Made by a program: the position numbers and the translations under genes
NCBI RefSeq assembly: GCF_001194135.2
Contig: NC_068982.1
Location: 156,108,082 to 156,172,081 of the forward strand
Source of the DNA: Octopus bimaculoides
Lineage: Eukaryota
DNA: 64,000 nucleotides
Direction of reading: 5' to 3'
Part shown: piece by piece, positions 28,104-41,570 of the stretch
Numbering within the stretch: the first letter of the stretch is position 1
How the letters are laid out: each line of letters starts with the position of its first letter
The notes under the pieces: generated by a model
The model's database searches: none
The model's input: only the letters and a program-made list of their open reading frames with translations
What the model was told of the DNA's origin: nothing

Positions 28104-28866
28104 ACGTTAACCAGCCCACACTGGCAAAGGAAACTAGAAACTCCTCGACAGAATTGCACAAGCAGATAGATACAAGCGCACACATGCTCACACTCAAAAG
28201 TACACATACTCACAGACACAGAGACACACAGACACACAGAGAAACAAACAAACAAACAAAGTAGCGGTAAATTAAATTATAATCTATAGACATTCAAAGT
28301 AAATAAAATAAATCAGAAAAGAGTACAAAACGAATTCCTATAATTGGATAATAATTGTTTGAAGCTTTAAACACAAATCGCCATTAGGGAAAAAGACAGA
28401 ACATGAGAGTTTCGAAGTGAAGCTAATACGTTAGTCATTTGGTAATATCAATGGCTTGGGGACATGCATAACGACACAAATATTATGTTGTAGAATGATT
28501 CTTCACGCCAATTCAACTACCATTTATGTACCATGTCTTATTTCTCAAGGGAAATCAATAATATGGGACATTGGAAAGAAAGAGAAGAAAACAGTAATAG
28601 CAATCTGAATAATGATGATGATGATGATGATGATGATGACGACGATGAGGATGATAATAATAATGATAATAACAATAACAACAACAACAGTAATAATAAT
28701 AGTAATAATAAAATCGTCCAATGACGATAAGATTAAAAACTGGATAGCGCAGGAAATGTGACGTGGAACATTAAAAGAAAAAAAAAACTGTTTGCTGTGT
28801 TTCATATACATGTATGTTTCCATTTGCAGCGACAAATTGAAGACGTTACTCTGTGGTCCATTATAC

Positions 28867-28997
28867 GCAGTTTGTGTTATATAGTATTGCTGTGTACCTT
28901 TTACACGTATACACGCGCATTTATGTATATATGCCTATGTATGCATGCATACATGTATGTGTGTGTATATATGAATCTATCTATCTATCTATCTATC
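28867..28997 (+). repeat. 131-bp direct repeat, copy 1 (copy 2 begins at 30556)
   Basis: GCAGTTTGTGTTATATAGTATTGC...ATGAATCTATC(TATC)n is repeated at 30556 with one mismatch in the unique part. Confidence 0.95.
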
Positions 28998-30555
28998 ATC
29001 ATGGACGGACGGTAGACACATCGGCTCCCATGTAAGTTGCATTTTTCACTTCTTAAAAGACCTATTTTGTTTTTAAATTTTGTGTAAGTTGTGTGTAACA
29101 CAGAATACTCCGTGAACATATATTTTTCAAATCGGAAATAGCTCTATTTAGAGCCTTATTTCCAAAAATTAAAAAACATCTTCCTCGTTCCTAGCCATAT
29201 TTTGTAAATGCAAATATGGCTAAGGTTTTCAACAAGGCCGATTTCCCGCCCCTAACGCCAGATGCGAAAATACTTAATGCCGTTATGCATGAACGCAGAC
29301 AGGCGATGGAGAAGAGCAATGATTCTGAGTCAACTGCTACTGCCTCAACTACCACCATCACGTGTAAAAACTCTGCTGCTACAGCAGTCTTGTCTGCCAC
29401 CGTCACCAGTCACAACAACAACAACAACGACAAAGACAAGAACAACAACAACAACAACAACGACACAAATGTCCTTGCTAACACGACCACTGTCTTCACC
29501 ACTGCTACCACCAGTGACAACAACAACAGCAACAACAACAGGACACCGGCCTTCAACACCAACACCACCACTACTTCGACAAACTCTGCTGCCATTACCA
29601 CCACCTTTGAACCTGGCAGTACCAACACCACTGTCAACACCATCATCAACAACTACAAGACGAACAAGATAAACAACATCACAGACGCCACAAACAACAT
29701 ATCTGCCAGCATTACAAAAACAAATTTTGCCGATGCAACGAAAGAAAAAAGAACAATATTAACATTCACCCAAAAACAAATCAATGATACAAAATCCCTT
29801 CTCACGAAAGAAGGTGACACTACAAATACACATACCAAAAGAAATCATCAAAAACACAAACAGGAAGCACATATCATACAGCCTTATCAACAAACCAAGC
29901 GACCAGAGAATTTCTCCACCAAAAAAATTGAGATTTGTCTCAAACCGATATGGCCCTTTCAAGGCCATGTTACTTGGGGACGCAAATTTGCCACGGTCCT
30001 AGTACGCTTTCAGAGCGAAGAGTTAGCGAAGGAATTTTCGACACTCTCTCTCCACACAGATGACTTGGTGATGATACCGAGTTATCTTGGACAAAGAGTG
30101 ACTGACGAAAGTCACAGTAAAGAATGTCCCTTCACAAGTGGAAACACAGTGGATAGTAGGTTCTATATGCCTCGAAATGGAGGAGGCAAATATATTAGAA
30201 ATTGCTACTGCAGAGAAGAAAAAACTGGGAAGGAGGAAAAAAAATCGAAGTCCTCCTCCACATCACTGAAGAGGAGTGCCAAAAGATCCCCACACACATC
30301 CAACTGGCAAAGGACCACAAGTTATATGTAGTGGTGGAAGGAAGCCGGCCACGTTGTTATGTATGCGGCAGCGAGGCACACCTCAAGGACAGTTGCCCAA
30401 CCACCGCCAACCAAAAAAAGCAACAAGGGCAACCACCAAAACCCAGGAAAAAACCCCTACTACCAACACCACCATCAACAATCAAAACAAGAGAAATACA
30501 AGCAACACCGGCAACTGAGAAGACAACAGCAACTGCAAAAACAACAAGTGAGGAA
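28998..30555 (+). mobile_element. Tx1/L1-like LINE 5'UTR plus disrupted ORF1 (RRM-like region and CCHC knuckle), 3'-truncated
   Basis: ATG at 29216; Asn/Thr-rich N-terminus; FATVLVRF; removing a 4-bp TGAC duplication (about 30099-30106) gives RVTKVTVKNVPSQVETQWIV; after a +1 A (about 30220) it reads LYVVVEGSRPRCYVCGSEAHLKDSCP (CX2CX4HX4C at 30355-30396). Confidence 0.8.
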
Positions 30556-30663
30556 GCAGTTTGTGTTATATAGTATTGCTGTGTACCTTTTACACGTATA
30601 CACGCGCATTTATGTATATATGCCTATGTATGCATGCATACTTGTATGTGTGTGTATATATGA

Positions 30664-30739
<76 letters not shown>

Positions 30740-30740
30740 G

Positions 30741-30781
<41 letters not shown>

Positions 30782-31511
30782 GTAGGTAAGTTCAATCCGA
30801 GGATTCTGTTATGGTATGTTAGTAAGTTTCGAGCATGTATACAGCTAGTATAGATGACAAAAGATGAACATTATAAGACAAGACGACTTTATTAACCGTC
30901 ATAAGTCACATACTTCGCCCCATATTGAAATCAAAGGAAATTTCGATAGGCTAACAGTCACCATACTCCTCACAGTTAAGCAATTGAAGTTGTTAAATAT
31001 GCAATTAAGACCCGAGAATGTTAAGAGTTTAACAGGTAAAATGCGGTCTATTATTGTTTCGTAGCTAAAACAATGCTGCTTACATAACTTGTAACATACA
31101 TAACACCCGCTTAGTTAATTATTAGGTACTATTAGCATTTAAATTATTTACGTTGTCGCGTGGAGACGAACCAATGATTTACCAAATTAGCCACTGCACG
31201 AATTGCAAGTAAAATAATAAAACAAAATCAAAATCAAATGATCAATGAAAGTAATAGTGGGTAATTCGTCCGGAAAGGGGAGTGGGTATGTTTAAAAATC
31301 TTATTAAGTCGAAGGACACGGAAGACAGGTAGAGGGGTAGGGGAGGTAGGGAGGCCTAAAGAAACTGAGGGATAAGAGAAGTCTCAGGCGGGGCAATAAA
31401 ATGCCTTTAAAATTCGGCGTCGGGGAGATACTAGGAGACAATAAAAACCTTATGGCGTGTTAAGGTCCTTACATACGTGTGTGTCTGTGCGTGTGTATAT
31501 ATACGTAAGAA

Positions 31512-31852
31512 GGTCTATGGTCCAGCAGTTAGAGTGTCAGTCTCACAGTCAGAAGTTCGTGGGTTTGTTACCTGGTCCTGGCTTGGCATTGTCTCCCCTA
31601 GCAATCCAATGCTTTAGTGTATTCAACGGAAAATAAATACCAGCCCAGTGCTGGTACAACCTTGTCTCCCTGCAGCTATCATTTCTTAAGTGTTTCCCTT
31701 GCTCAAAAGTTGGTGGGCCGCAAGGATGTCTCCCCTAGCAAGCCATTTTGTATTCAACGGAAAATTAATACCAGCCCAGTGCTGGTACAGCCTTGTCGCC
31801 TGGCAGCTATCATTTCTTAAGTGTTTCCCTCGCTCAAAAGTTGGTGGGCCAC
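31512..31852 (+). mobile_element. Degenerate tRNA-SINE-like head followed by a diverged tandem duplication of about 130-137 bp
   Basis: Head TGGTCCAGCAGTTAGAG...GTGGGTTTGTTACCTGG; units start with TGTCTCCCCTAGCAA at 31590 and 31727. Confidence 0.6.
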
Positions 31853-31873
31853 GATGGTGTCTATGCCTACATA

Positions 31874-32403
31874 TACGAGGTTCATTCCAGGAGTTTTGTG
31901 ATTTTTTTCAGGAGAGACATTTATCAATACCCAAGAAGTACAGAACTCTAGTCATCTTCAAATTACGATGCTCTGACTTCAATGCACTTGTTTTAGTGCT
32001 GCAGCTACTTCATGAGGGCCCCATGGAAGTCCTCCAAAGCTAAGATGTCCAGGGTCCATGTTATAACCTCCATATTCTGAGTATCATCAAAACGACTGCT
32101 CCTTAGGCTCTTATTCAGCTTGGAAAATAACCAAAGGTCACAGCGAGCAAGACCTGGACTGTCGGGAGGGTAAGAGACAGTTTTAATGCTTATCTCTGTC
32201 AAGTAGTTGGTAACCAGAATTGAATTATATGAAGCAGTGTTCAGTAAGCTGTGGAAGGCATTGTTTTATAGAGTGTGTTCAAAGTGTGTTCAAATCTGGA
32301 ATAAAAAGTTGGCTGGTCAAATTATTGGATGTATTGTAATCTGCGGTAATATAACTGCCCCTGCTAAAAAGAAAGTCTGAAAACTTCTGGAATGCCCCTC
32401 ATA
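31874..32403 (-). mobile_element. Internally deleted mariner element
   Basis: TIRs TACGAGGTTCATTCCAGGAGTTTT and AAAACTTCTGGAATGCCCCTCATA with TA ends; minus frame KTVSYPPDSPGLARCDLWLFSKL matches the mariner YSPDLAPCDFxLF motif. Confidence 0.9.
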
Positions 32404-34151
32404 CCCATAGAAGAATTAACAAAAGCTTAGTACATATATCATGTCAGACTCGTAAGCGTGAGACGGCAATGATTTTTCTGCTATTCATATACATGTTTGT
32501 GTGCATGCATGCATGTATGTATATGTATATATGAATGCGTGAATGTGTATATACACAGGCATACATAAACCCACACTTATATATATATATATGTATATAA
32601 ATATATTAATACGCACATACAGATATGAACACTTATATGTCCAATTGAATACATCATAGTACGAGGGCGAAATACTAAAACATCGTTGGGAAAGTGTATT
32701 AAATCCACCAGCATTCTTTGTACAATGTCTCCCCAGCCATCATCACGTCTGTAATTATCTTTTGTCTCCTAAATGATCTGATCTTTTATGCTTCCACATA
32801 ATTTGCTCTCCTCTTTTCTTTGTCTCCGGGTTATTGTCACTTAAATCTATAGTATCAACATACAATTAATATTATTGCTCTTTTCCCTGGTGATTCTTGC
32901 TAAGCGTTGTTTTAATGCAAGAAAATTGTAATTTCGAGGTCACAATCATGTTTTAGGGACATAGCACTGAAGAAAAAAATCAAAACTGATTTGTGATTTA
33001 TACGTACATATGTATAATACATATGTGCATGTGTGTGTGTGTGTGTGTGCGTGTACGTATATTTGTATATGAATGAGTACATACTACACATAAATACATT
33101 TATACATACATAAATACATACATATATGCGTGTGTATGTATATACATGTATACATACAAAGATACATGCGTATGTGTATGCACACATAAGAGTACATACG
33201 TGCATACATCTGTACGTAAGTATATATGTATGTATAGAGAAGGGATGTACAAATAAGACGGTTATGGATTACTCAAAGCTATAAAAGCACAAAAAAACCA
33301 AAAAAACCCCAAAAAACAAAGGTGAACATATTCAGGATTATTAATTTTAACGTAGTTGCTTCTGTCGAACCTTCATAGATAGGAATGAACAATTTTGTAA
33401 AATATTGCATGCATAAAAATAATTGGGTATTGAGGAAGAGGAGAGAGCAGCAAAGAAATTAAAAGGGTCGATAAATTAAGTACCAGTTGTGTTCTGGGGT
33501 CAATGTAATCAACTGTCTTCTCCTCCAAAATGTTGGGCATTGCGTCTAGAGTAGAAAAAAATATTTGATGTTCTGGAATGAATTATAACTAATTCTCTAT
33601 GAGATCATTCGACCTGATAGTAAAAGCCGTCACATTTCTCTAAAATCACACCCTACCTAAAGAAATAATGTTTTAAATAACGTAGAACTAAATTTAAGCT
33701 GAAAGAGCAGTATAGTCTCATCGGGATATCATTGATCTTTGGTCAGCTCGATCGAGTCTGATCTGTTGCTAAACAACAACAGTAACGTGGCTAGTTTTAT
33801 ACCTACACAGGCATTCCACCTTCATATATAAATAATATTCCAGTCCTTTTAGGCTCTGTTAACCTCAATACCTGATCAAAATCTAAGCATAATATTGCCA
33901 CCACACCCGTCAGTTACATGTAGAGAGGGGTTCTCACATAGGTGGATGATCCCCTCTGGATATCAACAGTAACTGCTGCGGAATTTAAACTTGGAGCGCT
34001 TTTACAATTCTCTCAACTCATAGCGTTGAACTGTTAATTTATTAATCATCACAGAATGTATACACAGTAAAGTTGACATCGGTTTAGTTTGAACCCAGAG
34101 CAGAGAAAATACTGAACGAATTCTATTCGACGCTATAACAACACTTTCAAC

Positions 34152-34175
34152 CAGATCATGTGATCACGTGATCTG
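34152..34175. promoter_or_regulatory. 24-bp palindrome with tandem E-boxes (CATGTG and CACGTG)
   Basis: CAGATCATGTGATCACGTGATCTG; function is inferred only. Confidence 0.25.
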
Positions 34176-34619
34176 TCGGTCTCGGTGCTGGAGATAGCGG
34201 GGAGATAAATCCCTGCTAGCGATATAAACAAGAGTGCATTTTGCACCAAAAAGCCAATATGAGTTTCTCTCATGGTAACTACTACAGTATAGTTTGTTCC
34301 AATAGAACATTCACGTTCAAGTGAGGATAAATATTGCTTCTTGGTATAAATACTGCCTCTGCCGCTAACACGTAGTTTGTGTTGGTGTTTTTGGTGACGT
34401 TTTGGATGCTGAAGATTATTGGCAACGTTGTTTGTGTTGATGAAGGCGGTTTTGATAATGTTAGTGTTGATGGTGTTCATAATGTCGGTGCTAGTGCTGT
34501 TGGTTTGGAATATTAGAATGTGAAATACTATGTTTGCTTAAATCAAGTAAAATAAATATTAGGACTCCGAGAAAACGTAGCTTTGTCGTTTCTGTATTTG
34601 AGTTTGTATGCATGCGTGT

Positions 34620-35320
34620 AAATATGTGTGTATGTATGTATGTATGTATGTATGTATGTATGTATGTATGTATGTATGTATGTATGCATGTATGTGTGTG
34701 TGTATGTGTGTGTATATGTGTGTGTGTATGATTGCATGAATGTAATCAGACACAGACGCACATGTATGTATGTATGTATGTATGTATGCACGTATATATG
34801 TGCGTGTGTATAATTGCATGAATGTAATGATAGACAACACACACATGTATGTATGTGTATGTATTTATGTATGTATGCATGTATGTATATAGTATGTTTG
34901 CGCACATATATATACATCTACACGTATGTATGTACATATAAACATACGTATGCATGTGTATATGTATATATAATGTGTGTATGTGTCTATGTATTTATTT
35001 AAGTTCGTATATTTGTACGTGTGTATGTGTGTGTGAATATATCTGTAAGTACATATGTTTGTAAGTACACACGCACATATGTATGTAAGTCTATACGGAT
35101 GTATGTATGCATGTATTTACGTATGTATGGATACATATGTTCTACGCTACGTATTGGATGTACATTTATGTGTGCGTGCTTGTATGAGTCTGTGTGAATA
35201 CAAATCTACACGTGGACGGAATATCTATGCGTGTGTATCTGCGTATGTGTGTGTGTGTATGTGTTTGTGTATATGTGTGAGTGTCTCTGTGTTTATGTGC
35301 TTGCGCATGCGTTGAAATAT
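34620..35320. repeat. Degenerate (TATG)n/(TG)n microsatellite field
   Basis: Extended low-complexity repeats. Confidence 0.9.
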
Positions 35321-36580
35321 TTAACAGCTTGTGTGCACAGCAACACCTTTATTTCGATCAGAAAGAAAGAGGCTGGCAAATAGCAAAAGCCTGCACAGAA
35401 CACAAATCAAATCAGGATGATACTCGAGGGAAGACTTCTCTGAACAGAATGTTAGATTTATAACCACTGTAAAGTTGATGCAATGCCCCAGAGGTAAGAG
35501 AAATTAGAACATTAGGAAGAAGAAGGAAAAAAATACAGGAGAGATAAAACTGAATTCCAACTCAAGTAACACGTTACTGTTTCTTCTCAGCTAATGTTTA
35601 ATATGAAAACAGTGGTCCCACTTGTGTTGTGTTGCTATAGTCACACGGTAAAAGTCGATGTGAACAGCATAGCGTAAACTTCACTCGTACATGTTCACTA
35701 AATGCTCGGCAGTTGGTAGATGAAGAGGATGCTCTACTATAAATCTTAAACATGAAATGATTTCGCACAAACGAACAATAGACATTAATGATAGAAGAGA
35801 AAACACGGGAAATCACAGTTAAACTGGTTAATATTGTCAATCTTGCTCGTCTACACTACACCGAGTTTAACGATTTCGTCACTCGTATAATGTTTATAAC
35901 TGGTCTGGTGAAGTTTTAAATCTCTTAATGATGACATTCTGTATAAAAGCACAAAGGTCATGTGTGTGTGTGTGCGTGTGTGTGTGTGCGTGTGTTTGCG
36001 CGATGTGGTGCATATTCGTGGGCTTGCAATAGGTGTGCACATACTTAATATATGTGTAAACAAGCACATTATATTATAATGGTAAATTTATATCTTTCAC
36101 TTTCTCACACATACGTACACCACACACACACATACACACACACACGACAATATCCACCACCACCACCACCACCACCTCCACCACTACCACCACCACCACC
36201 AACAACAACAACGACAGAAATAATGTCTGTTTCAATACGCGATTCCACATCATTGCAAAACAAATACATAAACGTATACACACACACACATACACAGACG
36301 GACTAATATATATACATAACACCCCCACCACACACAGACACTTACATTTCGGAGTTGTATTTGCTTTGCAAGTGCCTTAGTCTGAGACCGTGTGTTGATG
36401 CTGTAACAGTTATGTTGTGAAAGAGCCATTCTAGTCATTTATAAAACACAAAAACAATTAAATTTGCTTTAACTTTATATCATGGAATGTCAAAAGTTTC
36501 TTCTCAAAACTGCGAACTACTCCACTCTAGTCATTTTGCATGCTTTTAAATGGAGAGATAAAGTTCTTCCATAAAGTATA

Positions 36581-36661
<81 letters not shown>

Positions 36662-36914
36662 GTCTATCTATCTATCTGTGTGTCTATCTGTCTGTCCATA
36701 CCTCCGTCTGAATGTCTGCCTACCTGACTATCTGTCTGTTTATCTGTTTACCAGTCTGTCTGTCTGTATATTATTATGCAATTCAAAAGAATTGTGTCAG
36801 TTACCAGATCGCAGTTGGTGAAAATCTTGACACCAAATAATAAATGTTTAAAAGCAATCAAGAGATTTTGTGCGGTTTTGATTGGCTGGTATGTGTTTTT
36901 CCATGTCCAGCATT

Positions 36915-37460
36915 TTATTATCAGTCGGTCATTGTCGACGATGACCAAGGACATCTAATGGGCACGATGTATCCGTTTGTGGCCGATCAGTCCGATGCAT
37001 GCTCGGAAGGCTATGTCGCAGGTCGAGCACTGATGGTCTGTTGGGAATGAAGGCAAGGAGATGGCTCTGAACTTACGATATTTACGTTTTCCTTCTGCCT
37101 CTGCAATCCTGTTCTGTTCGTAGAAGGTGACATCTCTGTTGGTGCAGATTCGTCAGGCAGGTCAATCTTGCGATTAAGTTTCCCAAGTGTCGGGGTTGAT
37201 CTCAAAGCTCTTCAGTCAGGCTTTGAGTATATCGTTGAAGCGTTTTTTCTTTCCACTTTGCGTGCGCTAGCCTTCCACCATTTTGTTGTAAAATAAGGAA
37301 TGGCGTGTCAGGTATTCGAACAAAGTAGCCTGCCCACCTGGCCAGCACTCTCCTCAGCCGTGTGTAATTGCTAGTCAGATCAGCTCGAAACAGAAACTCC
37401 GTGTCAGGGATCATGTCTTTCCAGGTAATTTTAAACAGCTTTGTTAGGAAGTTTATGTAG
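36915..37460 (-). mobile_element. RTE (BovB-like) LINE 3' fragment
   Basis: IPDTEFLFRADL...RWAGYFVRIPD, KRFNDILKA*LKSFEINPDTW, terminal CSTCDIAFRACIGLIGHKRIH*, and 3'UTR stem-loop GGTCATCGTCGACAATGACC. Confidence 0.9.
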
Positions 37461-37621
37461 GAAGTTATTTTATTGAGGTTTAGGAAATACTTTAAATTTT
37501 CCCTTTATAATGGCTATTAAAGAATATGCAATATTTCAGACAACCAAGTAGTTAATGTTGCTAGCTGTAGTTTTCTATTTTGCAATAAATCTGAATGAAT
37601 ATAGATATCTTAAAACAGAAA

Positions 37622-37713
<92 letters not shown>

Positions 37714-37772
37714 GAAGAAAGTGTACATTTGAAAGAACCTGCTGTCTTTATTAGGCAACATTTCTTGCGCTT

Positions 37773-38280
37773 AAGGCGGCGAGTTGGCCGAATCGCTAGC
37801 ACGCCGGGTGAAATGCTTAGCGGTATTTCGTCTATCACTATGTTCTGAGTTCAAATTTCGACGAGTTCGACTTTGTCTTCCGTCCTTTCAGGGTCGATTA
37901 AATTAGTACTAGTCACGTACTAGGGTCGATTAAATAAGTGCCAGTCACGCACTGGGGTCGATATAATCAACTTACTGGGGTCGATATAATCAACTTACCT
38001 CCCCCAAAATTTAAGGCCTTGTGTCTATAATAGAAAGGATTATTATTGTTATGGTGAGCTGGCAGTAACATTTGCTCGTCGGACAAAATGTTTAGCAGCA
38101 TTTCTTCCAGGTTTACTTTCTGTGTTCAAATTCCGCCGAGGTCAATTATTGTCTTACACCCTTTCGGGGTTGATAGAATTAGTACCAGTTGATCGCAGCA
38201 GTCAACGTAATCGACTAGCACCCACCAACCTCATAAAATTTCAGGCCTTGTGCCTATAGTTGAAAAAATTATACCATTAT
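37773..38280 (+). mobile_element. Two tandem family A SINEs; the first has internal 32-bp and 23-bp tandem duplications
   Basis: Copies at 37773-38047 and about 38051-38280; duplicated units are 37890-37921/37922-37953 and 37951-37973/37974-37996. Confidence 0.9.
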
Positions 38281-38551
38281 TATTGGACTGTTCACCGCGC
38301 ATTTCTACCATACCCTATACGAAACAAAGAAATGATTTGTTATATTATATCTTTGTTGTGTATTTTGTCTCGGAAGAGGTGTAGTTTTTTTTCTTTTTTT
38401 GCTTTTTCGATTCTTTAGTGGTTGGCAACTCTTTAAAACTATATTTACTTTCAAAGTAGCTTCTTGTGAAAGCAATTACAAGAAAAAAATTAGAAAGAGG
38501 AAAGTGTGAGTCAAATAGAGAAAGTAGAGGATAAATATTTAGCATGTTATA

Positions 38552-39020
38552 CATTCATTCATCCATCTTCACCGCCCACTATTCCAAGGAAGGTCGTTGA
38601 GAGTAGAGCTCTGAGGTACTTCATTCATAGGGTCCTATCAGAAAAATAAAGACATCATTAAACTTTCCAGTTGGATTGCCAAGCGTGACCAACTGAGACT
38701 ATAAGCATTATTCAACCATCTCGTTCTTAGTCTACCCCCTTGGTATCTCACCGGTTGGCTCGGTTTGAAGAATCCATCTTGCGTTTCTTTCCTGCGACAT
38801 TCTAATCACACGTTCGTTATACGGGACTTGTAACCTCTCAGTGCGAAGAAGAAGCGGTGTGATCTGGACAAACTCCCTGATCTCCGAGCTACGCACTCTG
38901 TCGAGTAACGTCATTCCAGAGATCATTCGGAGAATCCCATTTCAACTGCTTGTATTCGCAATCGTACTCCTTCAATTCGGACAGGCACGAAAATCGAAAT
39001 TGAAGAGAGCTTTATTTTAC
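38552..39020 (-). mobile_element. RTE (Expander/Rex3-like) LINE 3' fragment
   Basis: RIQAVEMGF...ISGMTLLDRVRSSEIRE...PLLLRTERLQ...RMSQERNARWILQTEPTGEIPRG; ends ...GGCGGTGAAGATGGATGAATGAATG. Confidence 0.8.
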
Positions 39021-39865
39021 TAACGTCATTCCTGGCTATGGTACAAAATTCTAGATCTTATTTCAGCGATTGATATTTATTTTATCGATCTTCAAAGAAT
39101 GCAATGTACGCTAGATTTGAACAGGCTTGACCTTCAAACAGAAATGGATTTAACGAAGCACTACAAGATATTTTGTCTGAAGCTTTATCGATTTTCTATA
39201 ATTTAATTATAAAAATCACCAGTCAAATAAAAGTTTTGTACTACAGCAGTAAATGATACACAAATGGTTATATCAGTGAATAAAAGGTATATAAAACATT
39301 AAATGACGGAAAAAAGTTCTTTTGTGTTTACCTATTTGGTATTGTGTTAAAAATAAGAGAATAAATTTTCTTCGTATAAAAGATAATTATTTAAACCTAC
39401 AAATATGTTTATTTCAATCTTCATTACCTACGAGAATATTTTTCATGTATTTATGCATCAATATCACACACTAGACTATTTCTTGATTTATGTGTCAATA
39501 CTATAACATAACTATTCATTGTTAATACGTTCTGACAGATTTGAAAGTGAACATTTTGGTTGCTATTGTTTTTCGTCATCGGAAAACACTATTTCCCTTT
39601 AGCCGATGTGTGTTCATAGTACATGCGATTCGCCGGTATATGGGAACTGGGTGCTTCGACCTTGTTGTTTGTCTCCTCAGTCAAAGCTGAATTCGTGCTC
39701 TTGTTAAATTCATGGTCTGGCCGAATGACGAACATCTATGTTTGTTTACGTGAAATATTGCACCAGATGTGATATGCAAGGTAAAATACTATCGGCATTA
39801 TATTGCCTGCGACGAAGAAAAAAAAAACGAAAAAGATATGTAGTTTAATTTAATGCACCATGTAA

Positions 39866-40183
39866 AAGCGCGTGGCTCAGTGGCCAGAGTATTCGGCCCA
39901 TAATCGTAAGGTCATGAGTTTGATTCCTAGCAGCGTGTTGTGTCCTTGAGCACGACACTTTATTTCGCATTATCCCAGTCCACTCAACTGGCAAGAATGA
40001 GTATACCTGTATTTTTAGGGGCCAACTTTTCCAAATTGTGTCACGCTGAATCTTTCAGAGAACTACGTTAAAGGGTACACGTGTCTGCGGAATGCTCAGC
40101 CACATGCACGTTAATATCACGAGCAGGTTGTTCCGTTGATCGGATCTACTGGAACACTCGCCGTCGTAACCGACAGAGTGCCA
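39866..40183 (+). mobile_element. tRNA/CORE-like SINE family C, full length
   Basis: A box TGGCTCAGTGG, B box GAGTTTGATTCC, GTGTCCTTGAGCACGACACTTT, and a tail ending in hairpin CACTC...GAGTG. Confidence 0.9.
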
Positions 40184-40760
40184 TTTCTTTTTTTGATGTA
40201 TCATAATCACGTATGTAAACTGAAATAAGTTAAGTTACTCGAATGCACGGATTCATCCCCGCCCCTATTGGTGACACTCATCAAACATTACTTTATCAGC
40301 GTTCAGTGACATTATTGTTATTATTCAGATAGTGGAGAGTAAAGTGTGGATGATAAATTCAATTATATAGAAACATATAATAAAACACCCAGAATGTTCC
40401 ATACTTTAATATTCATCAAGGAGACAAAAGTGGAAGCGTCATTCTAATTAGATATAAAGACGTTTTTACCTGAAATTGTCAGAAATTATCTGAATTTCTT
40501 CTATAACTACAGATGATGTCTTATCACCATACACACAAACGCACACAGAAAGAGAGAGACAAACAATCAGAGGTAGAGACTAAAAGACGCGCGCGCGCAC
40601 ACACACATACACATACACATATACATACACATGCACATAGATATATTTAGACCTCTATATTTTATGGCAGCGTCTTGTAAATCAAGGAACGTAACTGTTG
40701 GCTGAGCAGATTTTGTTTACATTTAGTTAAAATGATTTCAGCTGACACAAGAGATGTAAT

Positions 40761-40976
40761 GTCAATTATTTAAGTGTTCAATTTGCAACTTCAAGTGGAT
40801 CGACAGGTTTCAAATTAAAGTTAGCAAAGAGATTACGCACACACACACACACACACGCACACACACACACGCATACACATGTACATATAACTTTCTATAC
40901 TAACTTTAATTTGAAACCTGTCAATCCATTTGAAGTCACATAATGAACGTAAATAAATGCCATTTAAATAATTGAC
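40761..40976. repeat. Fold-back inverted repeat around a (CA)n core
   Basis: 37-bp arms at 40788-40824 and 40900-40936 (2 mismatches), extended by GTCAATTATTTAA/TTAAATAATTGAC. Confidence 0.85.
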
Positions 40977-41024
40977 AATTGAATATATTTAGAGGATAGA
41001 GTGCATAATCTCTTTGTTTTTCAG

Positions 41025-41069
<45 letters not shown>

Positions 41070-41570
41070 TATATATACATAGATGTGTGTATGTAAAGAG
41101 AGAGAGAGAGGAGAGAGAAAGAGAGAGAGGGGAGGGAGAGAAAGATAGAGAAATATAGCATAGAGGGACGACAAAGAATTTTACAGGAAAGACGTAAGCT
41201 CAGCTTTGACAGATGTCGACACACCCAATTCCTTCATCAGTTATCGACAGGATATCAAAATTTCCATACATTCTCCTAAGCACTGTCATCTTCTAGAATT
41301 GCTACCCTGGCCACGCTTTCTCTGCAAAAGTTGTTTTGCAGATATCCAAACTAAACATGCAACACGTCATCCTCATCAGTTATGTAGAACTTGTAAAGCT
41401 CATTGAGAGAAGTACATGGTCGTAAATTCTTTCCTCTATTATAAAACCACAATAAAAAAGGGAGATAAACTACAAGGTAGTCGATAATCAGGATGCGATT
41501 CAATTATTTGATTTTTAAAACATTTTAGTGCCCTCCATAAATAGTGAATACATGCATTCAAAGAAAAAGC

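Noticed and set aside
29216-30331. 371-aa ORF as a host gene
   Set aside because: Reconstruction shows a frameshifted retrotransposon ORF1 with a CCHC knuckle; its length is inflated by (AAC)n low complexity.
41205-41390. Two minus-strand CTGATGA motifs, plus CTGATGAGC near 51910 and CTGATGAAAGG near 8004
   Set aside because: None has a correctly placed stem II-GAAA-stem III, so they are not supportable as hammerheads.
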